A program made the position numbers and the translations under genes. DNA of 19,024 nt from an uncultured bacterium (GTDB lineage: Bacteria; Actinomycetota; Actinomycetes; Mycobacteriales; CAJCIY01): NCBI GenBank assembly GCA_964247525.1, contig CAXTUZ010000020.1, positions 1 to 19,024 of the forward strand, written 5' to 3'. The first letter of the stretch is position 1, and each line of letters begins with the position of its first letter. The notes beneath the pieces are model-generated. The model was given only the letters and a program-made list of their open reading frames with translations, was not told where the DNA came from and did no database searches. Positions 17,725-19,024 of the stretch are shown here, piece after piece.

Positions 17725-19014
17725 ATGTTCGGATACAACGTGCCAGCACCCGACGAAGCCATGCTCATTTCCGGTGGCAAACCGAAGGATTCCGAAGCCC
17801 CGTTCAGGGTTGTGACCGGACGCGGCGCATACGTACTCCCGTTGTTTCGGAAGGTGCGGTTCATCACCTTGTCGATGTCAGAGGCCGAGGTCGAGGAAAA
17901 CTGCGTGACGAAGCAGGGCATCGCATTACGGGTGAAAGCGGTGATCGCGTTCAAGGTGGGCAATGACACCGCCTCGATCGTCAACGCGTCATTACGGTTT
18001 CTCTCCGACCAGTCGCAGATGTCTGTGCTCACCGGCAGAATCTTCTCCGGCCATCTCCGGTCCATCATCGGATCGATGACGGTCGAGGAGATCGTGACCG
18101 AGCGCCAAAAACTGGCCTCGGAGGTGCTGGACGGATCCAAAGAGGAGATGGCGAAGATCGGTCTGACGGTCGACGCCCTGCAGATTCAGTCCATCGACGA
18201 CATGGGGCTCGGGTACATCGCGGCGATGGCAGCGCCGCACAACGCCGCGATCCAGCGTGCGGCCAAAGTCTCTCAGTCGCAGGCGAATCAGGCGGCCGCC
18301 GAGGCGGAGCAGGCGTCCATGCGTGCCCAGGCGGAGTACGTGCGCCAGACCGAGGTCGTCCAGGCGCAGTACGCGGCGGACGTAGAAGCCGCAAAGTCCG
18401 CGGCGGCGGCCACTGCGGCGATGGCCGCCCAGCAGTCGGCGCGGAACCAGGCCAACTACGAGGCGGAGACCGCAGTCACCCGATCCAAGGCCGCCCAGGT
18501 CGCCGCGGAGGCAGCGCAGGAGTCGGACCGCAACCAGGCGGACTTCAGCCGCCAGACCTCGGTCGCGAAGGCTCAGTTCGCAGCCGAAACGCAAGCAGCG
18601 CAGGCGAAAGCGGACCAGTCCGGGCCATTGGCGCACGCGATCGCTCAGCAGCAGGTGATCGATGCCCAGACGGCGCTCGCGCAACAGCAGGCTGAGCTTG
18701 CCCGGCAGACGCTCGTCTCCACCGTCATCCGGCCTGCCGAGGCCGACGCGGAGCGCGTCAAGATTCTGGCCGCCGCCGACGCCGAGCGTACGAAAATCCT
18801 TGCGGAAGCGGCTCAGTCCCACAACCGGGTGGCGCTGGACCAGCAGCTCATCAATCAGCTTCCGCTGATCGTGGAGAAGGCGGCGCAAGGCTTGGCGGGT
18901 TCCAACCTTACCGTCCTCAACGGCTCGGAAGGCGTGACCGAGGTCGTCTCCTCGCTCGTAGGTCAAGGACTCGCGGTGCTGGATTCGATCAAGAAAGGCG
19001 TCGGCGGCTTGTAG
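17725..19014 (+). CDS. Flotillin / SPFH (band-7) domain protein
   Basis: RBS AAGGAG 10 nt before the ATG. SPFH domain (…RKVRFITLSMSEAEVEENCVTKQGIALRVKAVIAFKV…TVEEIVTERQKL…) is followed by a long Ala/Gln/Glu-rich coiled-coil with periodic repeats (QAEYVRQTEVVQAQYAADVEAAK… / RNQANYEAETAV… / RNQADFSRQTSVAKAQFAAETQAAQ) and a C-terminal flotillin-like tail. Confidence 0.85.
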   Translation: MFGYNVPAPDEAMLISGGKPKDSEAPFRVVTGRGAYVLPLFRKVRFITLSMSEAEVEENCVTKQGIALRVKAVIAFKVGNDTASIVNASLRFLSDQSQMSVLTGRIFSGHLRSIIGSMTVEEIVTERQKLASEVLDGSKEEMAKIGLTVDALQIQSIDDMGLGYIAAMAAPHNAAIQRAAKVSQSQANQAAAEAEQASMRAQAEYVRQTEVVQAQYAADVEAAKSAAAATAAMAAQQSARNQANYEAETAVTRSKAAQVAAEAAQESDRNQADFSRQTSVAKAQFAAETQAAQAKADQSGPLAHAIAQQQVIDAQTALAQQQAELARQTLVSTVIRPAEADAERVKILAAADAERTKILAEAAQSHNRVALDQQLINQLPLIVEKAAQGLAGSNLTVLNGSEGVTEVVSSLVGQGLAVLDSIKKGVGGL

Positions 19015-19024
19015 ACGGACCGCC

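Overview
High-GC (~68%) actinobacterial chromosomal window, Mycobacteriales-like, with about 21 supportable protein genes. No rRNA, tRNA, CRISPR or IS elements seen.

(1) Plus strand, 1-9.9 kb: a catabolic-looking operon bracketed by two paralogous NAD-aldehyde dehydrogenases. It contains an 821-aa tandem double-domain family III (CaiB/BaiF) CoA-transferase and a thiolase-like Ltp + DUF35 Zn-ribbon/OB-fold pair. In the middle sits a tightly packed three-gene module: a small Nfu-like CxxC protein; a ~191-aa protein whose reading frame is interrupted by one in-frame TGA directly followed by Gly-Ser-Cys; and an unrecognised 405-aa protein whose ATG overlaps the previous stop by 8 nt. The sequence around the TGA reads A-A-[TGA]-G-S-C and the frame stays open for 84 more codons. 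This looks like a selenocysteine 'UGSC'-type selenoprotein that an ORF caller splits into two ORFs (4777..5244 and 5263..5499, same frame). It is the most notable feature of the window.

(2) 9.9-11.4 kb: convergent class I O-methyltransferase; small membrane protein; a Lys-rich 'MGFLDKA' small protein.

(3) Minus strand, 11.4-15.3 kb: an overlapped operon of transglutaminase-like Cys-protease -> HemK-like NPPY methyltransferase -> CDGSH Fe-S protein -> heme-oxygenase-like iron redox enzyme. A GAF-LuxR regulator lies upstream, divergent from a hemerythrin-domain protein.

(4) 16.2-19.0 kb: TelA-like protein; small NfeD-like OB-fold protein; flotillin/SPFH protein.

Many long alternative-frame or antisense ORFs in the track are GC-driven shadows.
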